Shown piece after piece: positions 1 through 8,971 of a stretch of 20,000 bases of DNA (position 1 is the stretch's first letter; each line of letters opens with the position of its first letter). A program made the translations under genes and the position numbers. The notes under the pieces are model-generated. The model saw only the letters and a list, made by a program, of their open reading frames with translations, was not told the origin of the DNA and did no database searches. Source of the stretch: an uncultured virus (IMG/VR IMGVR_UViG_3300025853_000072) (Duplodnaviria > Heunggongvirae > Uroviricota > Caudoviricetes > Crassvirales); IMG/VR virus record IMGVR_UViG_3300025853_000072; one strand, 5' to 3'.

Positions 1-1509
1 GTATACGACGCCTTCGGTGACGGCATGTGCGGCAGCTGCTACGGCGGTGTCGATGGTAACCTACTGGTGGCCAACCTTTGCGGTGACGAGCTGTTCTACG
101 TTGGCGACACCACTCAGTACGAGAGCATTGGTAGCGACATCATTGTCGTAGAGCCATGCCTTCCTCCCATTCCTCAAGGCTGCACCGACCCGTGGTTTAC
201 TGAGTATGACCCCATCGCTGTGATTGACGACGGCAGTTGCCAGACAGAAGTTATCTTAGGATGTACTGATTCTCAGTCAATTAACTTTAACGAGAATGCC
301 AACACACTGGAGACAGAGGACAACTGTGACTTTACTCTGACACTTACGGACGGAGCAGGTGATGGATGGTTCGGAAGCTGGCTTGGAGTTCAGCAAGGTG
401 ACGAGACCTGGGGGCCTTTCACCATGTATCCTGCCGATGAGTTTGAGAAGGAGATTCAGATCCCCTTGTATTCTGGAGAGGCAGTCAACGTCATGTTCTT
501 TACGCAAGGCAACGCAGAGACTACAGCCAATCAATGCGGGTTCTACTTCGACGGACCTAATGGTGTATTCGTAGAGGGCGGAACCAACCCGTGGTCAGAT
601 GCTATCAAGAAGTTCCCGTTTAAGTACGAAGGGGTGCCTGTCTGCGGAGACTTCTGCGAGCCTGCCATCGTGGGATGCACGCTCAGCTTCGCGTGCGACT
701 ACAACCCAGAGGCAAACGTAGACGGTGACTGCACGTTCCCTATCGAGTACTACGGATGCGACAACGAGTGCATCAACGATACAGATGGGGACGGTGTATG
801 TAACGAACTCGAAGTCGTCGGATGTCAAGACCCCACCGCCTTCAACTACAACGAGGTGGCTACCGATCCAGCTGAATGCGAGGAGGTTGTGTTTGGATGC
901 ACTGACCCTACGATGTTCAACTACAACGAGCAGGCGAACACGGAGAACAACAGCTGCATCCCCTACATCTACGGTTGCATGGACCCAGATGCAATCAACT
1001 ATGACGAAGATGCCAACACTGAGCTAGAGGACTCCTGCATCCCCGCAGTTTCTGGATGCATGGACATTGATGCGCACAACTACAACCCCGATGCCAACAT
1101 GACAAGCGATGAATGCTTGTACGATGCTGGATGTATCACTGGCCCAGGGGAACCATACTGGGCCAACGACTTCTGCTACTCGTGGGTGATCGAGGTTGAC
1201 CCTTACTGCTGCGAAGTAGGATGGGATGAGGTATGTATCCAGATGTACGAGTACTGCAGCCAGGGTGTGACTAGCGTGGAGAGCTATGGGCTATATCACA
1301 TTCAGTTATGGCCCAACCCCACTAGAGGTGTCATCAACTTCCAGGCACCTGTCGGAGCATTTGCAGACGTTTACAGCGCCTCTGGTCAGATCGTAGTATC
1401 TGGCACTACATCGGGGCATATCGATCTTAAATCGCTTCCTAACGGGGTTTATGAGGTTGTTGTAAATTACAAGGAAGGATTTAGTGTAGAACGAATCATC
1501 AAGCAATGA
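1..1509 (+). CDS. Cys-rich repeat protein with C-terminal T9SS (Por secretion) type A sorting domain; 5'-truncated by the window edge
   Basis: The frame is open from base 1 (VYDAFGDGM...). It has about 7 GC(T/M/Q)Dx-x-A-x-NYN-like repeats, a DxDGDG Ca-binding-like motif and an LTLTDGAGDGW beta domain. The C-terminus IQLWPNP...DVYSASGQ...IDLKSLPNGVYEV...ERIIKQ matches the T9SS CTD pattern (YPNP / G..V / L..G.Y / K.IK). Confidence 0.85.
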   Translation, partial: VYDAFGDGMCGSCYGGVDGNLLVANLCGDELFYVGDTTQYESIGSDIIVVEPCLPPIPQGCTDPWFTEYDPIAVIDDGSCQTEVILGCTDSQSINFNENANTLETEDNCDFTLTLTDGAGDGWFGSWLGVQQGDETWGPFTMYPADEFEKEIQIPLYSGEAVNVMFFTQGNAETTANQCGFYFDGPNGVFVEGGTNPWSDAIKKFPFKYEGVPVCGDFCEPAIVGCTLSFACDYNPEANVDGDCTFPIEYYGCDNECINDTDGDGVCNELEVVGCQDPTAFNYNEVATDPAECEEVVFGCTDPTMFNYNEQANTENNSCIPYIYGCMDPDAINYDEDANTELEDSCIPAVSGCMDIDAHNYNPDANMTSDECLYDAGCITGPGEPYWANDFCYSWVIEVDPYCCEVGWDEVCIQMYEYCSQGVTSVESYGLYHIQLWPNPTRGVINFQAPVGAFADVYSASGQIVVSGTTSGHIDLKSLPNGVYEVVVNYKEGFSVERIIKQ

Positions 1510-2540
1510 GATATATTACATCCATAATCCTGATGATGCTGAGCCTCAGCGTCTCTGGTCAGTCACTGAAGAAAGCATTTAAGTTCGCAACTTTCTACAC
1601 CGCCTTCAGTGGGGGAAACTCTTTGTCAGATCGAGAGGTGTTCTCTGTTGCAAACGGATTGGAGACAGACGTTGTTGAGACTCCGTTCGACTACTCGTTT
1701 ACTGCAGGGGTTCGCAAGATCGCACGCTTTGGATACGAGAACAGAGCCAACACATTCTACAACGGAACGGAGAAGTCATACGGAGACGCCGCCACCATTG
1801 GAAAGGTGAGCGGCTTTGAGTTCCTGTTCGAGGGTGACTACAGGAGACAGCAGGGTGTCAACTACCTAGACCAAGACTACTTCCTGAGATACGTGGCTGA
1901 CAAGTGGATCGGCAAGGTGGAGTTCCTGCAGGATGGATTCGCAGACGTGAGATACTTCGAAGCATCACAGCGAGCAAGAGTCAAGCTGGGGAAGCTGTCC
2001 CTGAACGCTGGCGTCATGCAGAGACTGTCTGAGCCATACGGATACGACCCTCTAAATGAGTGGCTGCTTGACAACAATCAACTTCACTTTACTTCACTGG
2101 CACTGCAAGAAGGATACAACATCAATGTAAATACGGGTGAGTTTTTTTCTCCAGACGGTGAGCTCGTGGCAAATAGTTATGACGTATGGGAACAGGTCGT
2201 TGTTCCTGAGTTTCTTGAGAACTATGTAGCGGAGAAGAGAAGTGAATTGCCCAACCAATGGGTTCATTCTGTGGTACTTGGGTTCGACTACTACCACTTC
2301 ACCAAGAACTTCTGGGTACATACATGGGCCAACGTTATCCCGTATCACCTGGACACCGACGGGGAGTACTCTTACCACAGGTTCGTGAACAGTGATCAGT
2401 GGATGGATTATTCTGGAGGCCTTATCTTTGGAAAACGTTTTAACAAAAGCTTCGGGGTATTCGCAGAGGGAAAGTATCACAAGTACTGGGACAGGTCATG
2501 GCATGACTTCTCTCTGGGAATCAACTATGTAATTATCTGA
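1506..2540 (+). CDS. Putative outer-membrane beta-barrel protein
   Basis: N-terminal signal peptide (MRYITSIILMMLSLSVSG-Q), aromatic-rich amphipathic beta strands and a C-terminal FSLGINY beta-signal-like strand. ATGA overlap with the upstream gene. Confidence 0.7.
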   Translation: MRYITSIILMMLSLSVSGQSLKKAFKFATFYTAFSGGNSLSDREVFSVANGLETDVVETPFDYSFTAGVRKIARFGYENRANTFYNGTEKSYGDAATIGKVSGFEFLFEGDYRRQQGVNYLDQDYFLRYVADKWIGKVEFLQDGFADVRYFEASQRARVKLGKLSLNAGVMQRLSEPYGYDPLNEWLLDNNQLHFTSLALQEGYNINVNTGEFFSPDGELVANSYDVWEQVVVPEFLENYVAEKRSELPNQWVHSVVLGFDYYHFTKNFWVHTWANVIPYHLDTDGEYSYHRFVNSDQWMDYSGGLIFGKRFNKSFGVFAEGKYHKYWDRSWHDFSLGINYVII

Positions 2541-2541
2541 T

Positions 2542-2826
2542 ATGGCTCAGCAGATTGGGGAGGACACTAAGATTACGCTAGACTTAAAAACTATAGGTAT
2601 GCTAGCTGCGGGTATTGGCACAATCGTAGCCATGTGGTTTGCTTTGCAAGCAGATATTGCAGAGGCAAAGGAGTTGCCTGCCCCACCCGAACCCGTGATC
2701 TCGCGCATGGAGTTTGACATGAAAGACCAGCTGGTCCGTCAGACAATCATGACAACGCAAGATGACGTAGCTGAAATCAAGGAAGACATCAAGAGGATCG
2801 AGGAGAAAATAGACAAACTAAGATGA
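2542..2826 (+). CDS. Small single-pass membrane protein with C-terminal coiled coil
   Basis: Hydrophobic segment IGMLAAGIGTIVAMWFAL and heptad-like tail VAEIKEDIKRIEEKIDKL. Tightly packed in the operon. Confidence 0.75.
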   Translation: MAQQIGEDTKITLDLKTIGMLAAGIGTIVAMWFALQADIAEAKELPAPPEPVISRMEFDMKDQLVRQTIMTTQDDVAEIKEDIKRIEEKIDKLR

Positions 2827-2832
2827 TGAAGA

Positions 2833-3198
2833 ATGAATCTAATATCAACCCTATCTGCACCATTTGCTCTGCTCTTGGCGGCCACCTTTGCGGGGGCTGT
2901 AGAGGATGAGACGGTGTGCAAGTCAGGCCTGTGTGTCGTTGAGTTCAACGCGAGCTTCAACGCACAGAACAGCGTGCCCTGGATCGAAAGTCTCAACGAC
3001 TGCGAGACGGCTCGCGTCGACATTGTATCTTCTCCAGACCTTCAGAAGCAACACAAGATCGTGGTCGTCCCCACCATCGTGGTGTTCAATGACGGACAAG
3101 AGATGACCAGGTTCCAGGCCAACATCATGATGACGATGGAGACTACTGCCGATGAAGTGCAAGAGGCTATTGATGAAGCCTTGATGAGCGACTTCTAA
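2833..3198 (+). CDS. Exported thioredoxin-fold protein lacking the CxxC motif
   Basis: Signal peptide followed by the thioredoxin pattern VVEFNASFN...ARVDI...IVVVPTIVVFNDGQE (cis-Pro VPT). The WCGPC position is replaced by FNAQN. Confidence 0.75.
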   Translation: MNLISTLSAPFALLLAATFAGAVEDETVCKSGLCVVEFNASFNAQNSVPWIESLNDCETARVDIVSSPDLQKQHKIVVVPTIVVFNDGQEMTRFQANIMMTMETTADEVQEAIDEALMSDF

Positions 3199-3227
3199 AA
3201 AAGAAAGGGGGCCGAAGCCCCCTCTCC
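3197..3227 (-). terminator. Rho-independent terminator for the nrd operon, possibly bidirectional
   Basis: Minus strand reads GGGGGC-TTCG-GCCCCC followed by TTTCTTTTTT (cUUCGg tetraloop). Lies between convergent genes. Confidence 0.85.
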
Positions 3228-3281
3228 ACCAATAGCGAAGTTCCACAGCTAACTAAACCCGTGTAACCCTACGAATATACG

Positions 3282-4955
3282 TTAGCCTTCGCAAACCGCA
3301 CAGTTGAGGATGTCACGTCCCACTGCCTGCGCTTTGTTTACACCTCGCTGGTAGTACAAAGTCTTGATGCCCAGCTCCCAAGCCTTGATGACAAGCTGGT
3401 TCACGTCCTTCAGACTAACCTCATCTGATACTATCACGTTCAGAGATTGCCCCTGGTCGATGTACTTCTGACGATCGGCAGCCTGCTGAACAACCTCCAT
3501 CTGTGAGATCTCTCCGAACGTTTTGAACACGTCCTTCTCGTCCTGCGTGAGGAAGTCCAGGTGCTGGACAGAACCGCCTTTCATCATGATGCTCTTCCAT
3601 GTAGCCGCATCGTCCTTGTCGTACTCGGCCAACACCTCCTTGAGGTACGGGTTCTTGTATGTGAACTTACCCTTGGCCAAGTCCTTCGTGAAGTAGTTGG
3701 ACTGCAGTGGCTCGATAGATGGAGACACCTGCCCCAAGATAAACGACGATGATGTCGTAGGAGCCACAGCCTGTAGGGTGCTGTGGCGCCTGTATCCTGA
3801 GTGCTTGGACCTGCCGAACTCATCGGCCAACTCGTGACTCATCTCGATGCTCTTGAGCTCGATGTCCTTGAACATCTCCTTGTTGATGAGCCTAGCCTGG
3901 ATGCTCTCGAATGGAATGCGGTTCTTCTGTAGGTAGGAGTGATACCCCAGTGCTCCGATGCCGATGCTTCTGTGCTCTCTGGCAAAGCGCACGGCCTTCT
4001 CCATGAAGGGGATGTCCTTCGCCTTGTCGATGAACTCAGTGTACACTGCGTCCAAGAAGGATGTCAGGATGTATACAGGATCGAACTCCATCGATGATCC
4101 CTTCCACTCGTCGTAGTGCAGCAGGTTCATGGACGACAGGCAACACACGAAAGACTTGGTGTCGTCGGTGTACTCCATGATCTCTGCGCACAGTTGTGAG
4201 TGCTTGATCTTCATGTCGTTTTCCTTGTACCATTCAGGCGCTGCCTTGTTCACGTTGTCCGTGAAGAAGATGTATGGGTAGCCTGTCTCGCTGCGCTTCT
4301 TGTGGATCTTGGCCATGATGCCACGCTTCTCCTTGTCGCCATCAATCATAGACTGCATCCACTCGTCGCTGATGCACACAGCAAACGACACGTCCTGGAT
4401 GGGGTGCCCCTCGCTGCGGATCTGCAAGAACTCTTCGATGTCTGGGTGCTCTACGTCTAGGTATGCGGCCCAGCTACCACGTCGCACCTTGCCTTGTGAG
4501 ATGACATTGGTGGTGGTGTTGAACAGCTCCATCATGGACACGGCACCGTTGGTTTCGCCACCGCTGGAGATCTTGGCTCCGCGTGGTCGAAGGTTGCCGA
4601 AGTACGTGGCAGTACCGCCTCCCACCTTACTCATGGCTCCGATCTCTGCGGCACCACGCAAGATGTCGAAGGTGTCGTCCTGCACCTGCGTTCCGAAGCA
4701 CGAGATGGGTAGGCCCTTGTCCTTGCCGAAGTTCACCCACACGGGGGTGCTTAGGCTAAAGAACCCACGCTTCATGCAATCGTAGAAGTGGTCGCTGAAG
4801 TTGTCCCACTTGCCCGTTCCGTTCCGCTCAAGGATAGACTGCGCATGATCGGCAATCTCCTTCACCCTCTCTTCGACCGACTGGCCTGGGTCAAGGTAAC
4901 CCTTCTCCATAAACTGACGGGTCTCTTCTGTGACCCAGTAAAAATCTTTGTACAT
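3282..4955 (-). CDS. nrdA: Ribonucleoside-diphosphate reductase class I, alpha subunit (no ATP cone)
   Basis: Motifs PISCF, GGGT, QGKVRRGS, GYPY, SQLCAEI, FVCCLSS, APTTSSS, DQGQSLN, KTLYY and C-terminal CAVCEG. Confidence 0.97.
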   Translation of the reverse strand: MYKDFYWVTEETRQFMEKGYLDPGQSVEERVKEIADHAQSILERNGTGKWDNFSDHFYDCMKRGFFSLSTPVWVNFGKDKGLPISCFGTQVQDDTFDILRGAAEIGAMSKVGGGTATYFGNLRPRGAKISSGGETNGAVSMMELFNTTTNVISQGKVRRGSWAAYLDVEHPDIEEFLQIRSEGHPIQDVSFAVCISDEWMQSMIDGDKEKRGIMAKIHKKRSETGYPYIFFTDNVNKAAPEWYKENDMKIKHSQLCAEIMEYTDDTKSFVCCLSSMNLLHYDEWKGSSMEFDPVYILTSFLDAVYTEFIDKAKDIPFMEKAVRFAREHRSIGIGALGYHSYLQKNRIPFESIQARLINKEMFKDIELKSIEMSHELADEFGRSKHSGYRRHSTLQAVAPTTSSSFILGQVSPSIEPLQSNYFTKDLAKGKFTYKNPYLKEVLAEYDKDDAATWKSIMMKGGSVQHLDFLTQDEKDVFKTFGEISQMEVVQQAADRQKYIDQGQSLNVIVSDEVSLKDVNQLVIKAWELGIKTLYYQRGVNKAQAVGRDILNCAVCEG

Positions 4956-5938
4956 TAAAATAATTCGTCTGCTGTGAAACTCTTGGTGCTCTTTGCGTAG
5001 TCGATAGGCTTCTTGTGAAAGAAGTCAGACAACGCGGACGCATACACCTCCTCGTCCATCCACTCTGTAACGCCTAGCGACTCAGGATCCACAGGGAACT
5101 CGAAGGCGAAGCCGATGCGACGCATGCTCTCGTTCACTCTGTTCTTGAGGTAGTTGTTCAGGATGCTCTCGCTAAGGAACTCATTGTCAAAGCCTTGCAA
5201 TATCCACCTGATCAGACTCTGCTCTGCATCGAGCGCAACTTGTGCCTCTTCCCAGATGCGTGTCTCAAGATCCGCGTCGAACAACTCAGGATGTTCGGCT
5301 CGGATCTGATTGACCAAAGCCATGCCGCCTTCTGCATGTAGGTTCTCCTCCTTCGAGGTGTACTGCACGACGTTGGCTGTGTCCTTGAGCACGGCCTTGA
5401 ACCTGTTGAACCCAAGGATGGTGTAGAACTGACTGAAAAGTGAGACGTTTTCCGTGAAGAGCGTGAAGAGGATGAGACTGTAGAGGAACTGCTTCCTGTC
5501 ATCTTCATATACGCGATCGACGTATTTGTTCAGATAGGTAACGCGGTTCAGTACAGGCTCATTCTCTAGAAGAGTGGTGAACTCTTCTTCCAACCCCAGC
5601 TTCGTCAGGATCTCTGAGTAGGCACGGGAGTGGATCACTTCCACGCCACCAAATACAGCACCCATGTCTGCAATCTCTGGCTTGGGCAGATGCTTGCCGA
5701 TGTTTGACCAGTACGATTTCACCGCCACTTCTACCTGGGAGATGAGCAGGATAGCACGCTTGATCACGTCGCGTTCCTGTTCGGTCAGGCTGGTATGGTA
5801 GTCCTGGACGTCTGACTTAAAATTAAATTCATTGTGTGTCCAGTGGCTTGCCCACATCGCATTGATGAGGGGGTCGGTGATTTCAGAATAGTCAAAGGGC
5901 TTGTAGCTCAGCCTCTTGTCAAAGATTGAGGTAGTCAT
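4955..5938 (-). CDS. nrdB: Ribonucleoside-diphosphate reductase class I, beta subunit (class Id-like)
   Basis: Ferritin-like ligands SQVEVAVK, EVIHSRAY, FTENVSLF and EENLH, plus C-terminal DFF...DY. Confidence 0.96.
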   Translation of the reverse strand: MTTSIFDKRLSYKPFDYSEITDPLINAMWASHWTHNEFNFKSDVQDYHTSLTEQERDVIKRAILLISQVEVAVKSYWSNIGKHLPKPEIADMGAVFGGVEVIHSRAYSEILTKLGLEEEFTTLLENEPVLNRVTYLNKYVDRVYEDDRKQFLYSLILFTLFTENVSLFSQFYTILGFNRFKAVLKDTANVVQYTSKEENLHAEGGMALVNQIRAEHPELFDADLETRIWEEAQVALDAEQSLIRWILQGFDNEFLSESILNNYLKNRVNESMRRIGFAFEFPVDPESLGVTEWMDEEVYASALSDFFHKKPIDYAKSTKSFTADELF

Positions 5939-5980
5939 GGGTTACTGTAAGTGGTGATTAAAAAAGGACTATGAAGATAG

Positions 5981-6487
5981 TTAATAATCCGTGTCATACT
6001 CCCACACTCTATAAGACTGTAACGTCTTGATATCGCGTAAGTTCAGTCGGGTTATCACATCTTCTCGATCCTTGCGAGTGTATCTTTTTAGGTAGGCATC
6101 CTTCTTGTTCCTGACCTGCTCGTCGCTTACGTGCTTCTCGCAGAACAGGGCAAGCTCTTGCCTATCTACAATGGAGAATCCTCCTTCCTCTGGCATGTCG
6201 AATGCGATGATCGTTGCACCGCCGTACAGCCAGCCTTGATTCCCTCTAACGTTCTTGAACTCCACCCAGATCTCATCTGGTAGGTTGTTCCCCTTCACAT
6301 CCACTCCATGCTTCTTGCCCTCTGGTGACATGGCAAGCCAGTAATCGATGTGATGGTGTCTGTCCTCTGTGTGTGACGACTTCGTCACGGTCAAGCCTTT
6401 GCTCCTGGCGGCACGCACAAACCTAACCTCCGCTACCCTTCCCGTACTGCCTGAATAAGCTCTGCGTTTAGAGCCTATGTTGGCCAC
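5981..6487 (-). CDS. PD-(D/E)XK-superfamily endonuclease-like phage protein
   Basis: E...IDYWL...GVDVKG catalytic pattern and a WVEFKNVRGNQGW segment. Confidence 0.65.
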   Translation of the reverse strand: MANIGSKRRAYSGSTGRVAEVRFVRAARSKGLTVTKSSHTEDRHHHIDYWLAMSPEGKKHGVDVKGNNLPDEIWVEFKNVRGNQGWLYGGATIIAFDMPEEGGFSIVDRQELALFCEKHVSDEQVRNKKDAYLKRYTRKDREDVITRLNLRDIKTLQSYRVWEYDTDY

Positions 6488-6686
6488 TGTACTCTCCGAT
6501 GAGTTCTCGAATCAGGTCAATCTCATTGTTGACCCACTCTCTGAAGTCTCTGATGTTCTGCTCGGTAATGAGTAGGTCACCGTGAGGCTCACCGTCGGGG
6601 TGCATGGCTTCATACATGTCTGTCGTAGCCTGGTGGATACGATCGCACGCTGTATGAATCCTATGACTTAGTTCAAATGTCTCCAT
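6468..6686 (-). CDS. Hypothetical helical protein
   Basis: Overlaps both neighbours in the co-oriented operon. Confidence 0.65.
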   Translation of the reverse strand: METFELSHRIHTACDRIHQATTDMYEAMHPDGEPHGDLLITEQNIRDFREWVNNEIDLIRELIGEYSGQHRL

Positions 6687-7134
6687 CCTTGATTGATTTT
6701 AGAATTTCTTGAATAGCGTGGTCTACCTGACCGCTATTCTTCGCTAAAAATACAATCGTTTTGGAGTCAGTTCCAACTAATTGCCGAAGAAAAAGCTTCC
6801 ACCTCATAGGGAAGTCATGGTGTGAGGGAAGGTAACCCTTCGTCTCAATGATCCAATCGTGATCCCTGCCTACGAAGTCAGGCTTGTATGTGATAGGGAG
6901 TACGACGGACCCTGAACGGTCCGTCATCTCCTTACCTTTCGCAGTCATCTTGAAGTACTTGTTGGGGAATCTGAATCGGTCCATCAACTCGAAGGTGTGT
7001 TCTTCGTAGTCAAAAGCTAACCCGTATTCCTTTAGCTGATCTGCACAGTACTTCTCAAGAGAACTTGCATAACGACCCAGCTGCTTCTTGCGAGCGCTGG
7101 ATCGCTTGCGTGTTCCTGTCTTTTTACGTTTCAT
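6673..7134 (-). CDS. T7 endonuclease I-like Holliday junction resolvase/endonuclease
   Basis: Motif set YASSLE...FDYE...YKPDF...IIETKG. Confidence 0.8.
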   Translation of the reverse strand: MKRKKTGTRKRSSARKKQLGRYASSLEKYCADQLKEYGLAFDYEEHTFELMDRFRFPNKYFKMTAKGKEMTDRSGSVVLPITYKPDFVGRDHDWIIETKGYLPSHHDFPMRWKLFLRQLVGTDSKTIVFLAKNSGQVDHAIQEILKSIKDGDI

Positions 7135-7138
7135 GTAC

Positions 7139-7169
7139 CGAAGGTACCTCAGCTATTTTTCAAAATCAA
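7139..7169 (-). promoter_or_regulatory. Bacteroidota-type sigma-A promoter (variant -7 box)
   Basis: Minus strand TTG-N20-TACCTTCG, ending 4 nt before the ATG at 7134. Confidence 0.55.
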
Positions 7170-8971
7170 CTTTTTGTGGAAACAAAGTCCAGGTTGATCG
7201 GCATCGTAGCCTCCTTCGGAAACGTAATCGGCTTGTACAGAGCGCGTTGTCCAATGCGTGTCGTGAACCCTGTGTGTGATAAGTTCATGAGCATGCAGTA
7301 TGGATCCTCCAGTGGAGTAGGCTGACCGCCTGTCTCCACCTCGCGCACCTTTCGAACATGTAACTCGCTCATCCTGCGGATGTCTTGCTCCATCGATTGA
7401 ACCTTTCGGTGAATCGTGAGGAAGCAATCCGCTCTGTTTACGAACTTTCCGCCACCCTCTGTGTCTTCGGCGTAGGGGGCAACGGGCAAACCGTCTGGAC
7501 CCTTGCGCCTCTGAGCTTCAGTGACAGCGTGCATGTTCAACCACACGGCTACGTCATTCGCCTTGCTGAATGTCAGGAACTCCGACGCTGCCTCGTAGTG
7601 GTAGTCGTGTACCCCGATGCTCGCGTTCCTCATATCCAGTTTGAGACTGTTGTACGGATCCACGAAGATCCCGTCCAAGGGCTGCTGCCTTAAAATCTTC
7701 TCCATAAAGAGAATGATGTCTCCGTACGTGTAGATCTGATTGTTGTTGATGATGGTAAAGTGATTTCCTACCCATTTGTATGCTTGTTTACGTTCGAGAT
7801 AAGTCATGTCCGCAACCTTCTTGTCCATGGCGAACTGCATCAAGGACATCTTGACGGATGCGGTTTTGTTTTCTGAAGAGTAAATCGCCCACTTCCATCC
7901 GTGCCTGACTGCAGAGTTGGCAATCAGGTACAACATGGTGGTGGTCTTACCCACGTTAGAGTGTCCGTTCACGATGACGAACTCCTTCTTGTATCGGAAG
8001 TACTCGTCGAGCTTGGGGTCGCCTGTGTCCAGGCCGACCTCCACCTTGCCCTGGGAGTAGTCGTCGATCCATCGGAAGTCTTCATCGTCTGAAGAGATGA
8101 ACGACATGTCGCCATCGTTCAGCAGCATCTCACGTTGAGCAGACTTCTCCTCCTCGATGACGTCACGGATGGGCATGTTCTTGCCGATCTCAATGCCGTC
8201 GAGGATGGTGTTCAGTGCATGCTCCTCGCTGTCGATGTCACGCTTGCAGATCTCACGGTGCAGGATGCGCACAACCTCGTCGTGCTCCATCTTACCTGCG
8301 GCAATGTAACCACCGCATAGTCGGGATGCGTTGACTAGGACTCGATGCTTGTCTCCGTCGGATGCATTGCGAATCATACGCGCAGCCAAGTTCAACTTCA
8401 TGTAGTCCGTGTAGTCGTACGCCTCGTTGCTCGGGACCTGTGCCTCTGCGAACTCTGTGCTAAAGTGTCCGAACTTCTTGTAGTCTTCCTTGACAATGAG
8501 TTCAGGGTCGTGCGACTCGAAGCAGGCACGTGACTCGTTGATGCCAGACTCATCGAGCTCCAGTCCATACTGGCGCTCGAAGTACTTGATCATTGCACGG
8601 AAGTGGTCTCTGTGTCGCTCTGGATTCGTGATGTGGACCAAGGCCTTGACGCCGTTGCCACTAGGCGAAGTCCAGCACGAGTGAATGAAATCATCCGTGG
8701 CAAGAGCCCGCTTGGTTTGGTCAACGTCAACGTGATCAAAGTCCAGTACAACAAATCCCGAGTGCTCGAAGAGCGCGTCGTCAGCTCTTGACGAAAACTC
8801 CCCGCTGAAACATACAACGGGGAGCGCTTTCTTTTTCTCTTTGTTACCTGCACGTACCTCATCAATCACTGTACTCGACTTCCCAGTCTGAATCCTTTCC
8901 AACGCTTGTTGTAGTGGTATGTGATGGGGGTTGGTCTTGTCGAAGACGTTTTTGAATATCGTTACTTGCAT
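7166..8971 (-). CDS. Primase-helicase fusion: BT4734/VirE-N-like AEP primase domain plus SF4 (DnaB/gp4-like) helicase
   Basis: N-terminal KKALP..FSG.F...SGFVVLDFD...SPSGNGVK...RACFESHD. C-terminal Walker A GHSNVGKTT, Walker B IFVDPYN, and NRADCFLTIHR. Confidence 0.88.
   Translation of the reverse strand: MQVTIFKNVFDKTNPHHIPLQQALERIQTGKSSTVIDEVRAGNKEKKKALPVVCFSGEFSSRADDALFEHSGFVVLDFDHVDVDQTKRALATDDFIHSCWTSPSGNGVKALVHITNPERHRDHFRAMIKYFERQYGLELDESGINESRACFESHDPELIVKEDYKKFGHFSTEFAEAQVPSNEAYDYTDYMKLNLAARMIRNASDGDKHRVLVNASRLCGGYIAAGKMEHDEVVRILHREICKRDIDSEEHALNTILDGIEIGKNMPIRDVIEEEKSAQREMLLNDGDMSFISSDDEDFRWIDDYSQGKVEVGLDTGDPKLDEYFRYKKEFVIVNGHSNVGKTTTMLYLIANSAVRHGWKWAIYSSENKTASVKMSLMQFAMDKKVADMTYLERKQAYKWVGNHFTIINNNQIYTYGDIILFMEKILRQQPLDGIFVDPYNSLKLDMRNASIGVHDYHYEAASEFLTFSKANDVAVWLNMHAVTEAQRRKGPDGLPVAPYAEDTEGGGKFVNRADCFLTIHRKVQSMEQDIRRMSELHVRKVREVETGGQPTPLEDPYCMLMNLSHTGFTTRIGQRALYKPITFPKEATMPINLDFVSTKS

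Noticed and set aside
2542..2826. Holin or spanin call
   Set aside because: No endolysin or lipoprotein partner is nearby. A single TM plus coiled coil is not diagnostic.
3282..8971. Introns or inteins in nrdA, nrdB or the helicase
   Set aside because: The ORFs are continuous, of compact expected length, and show no splicing motifs.
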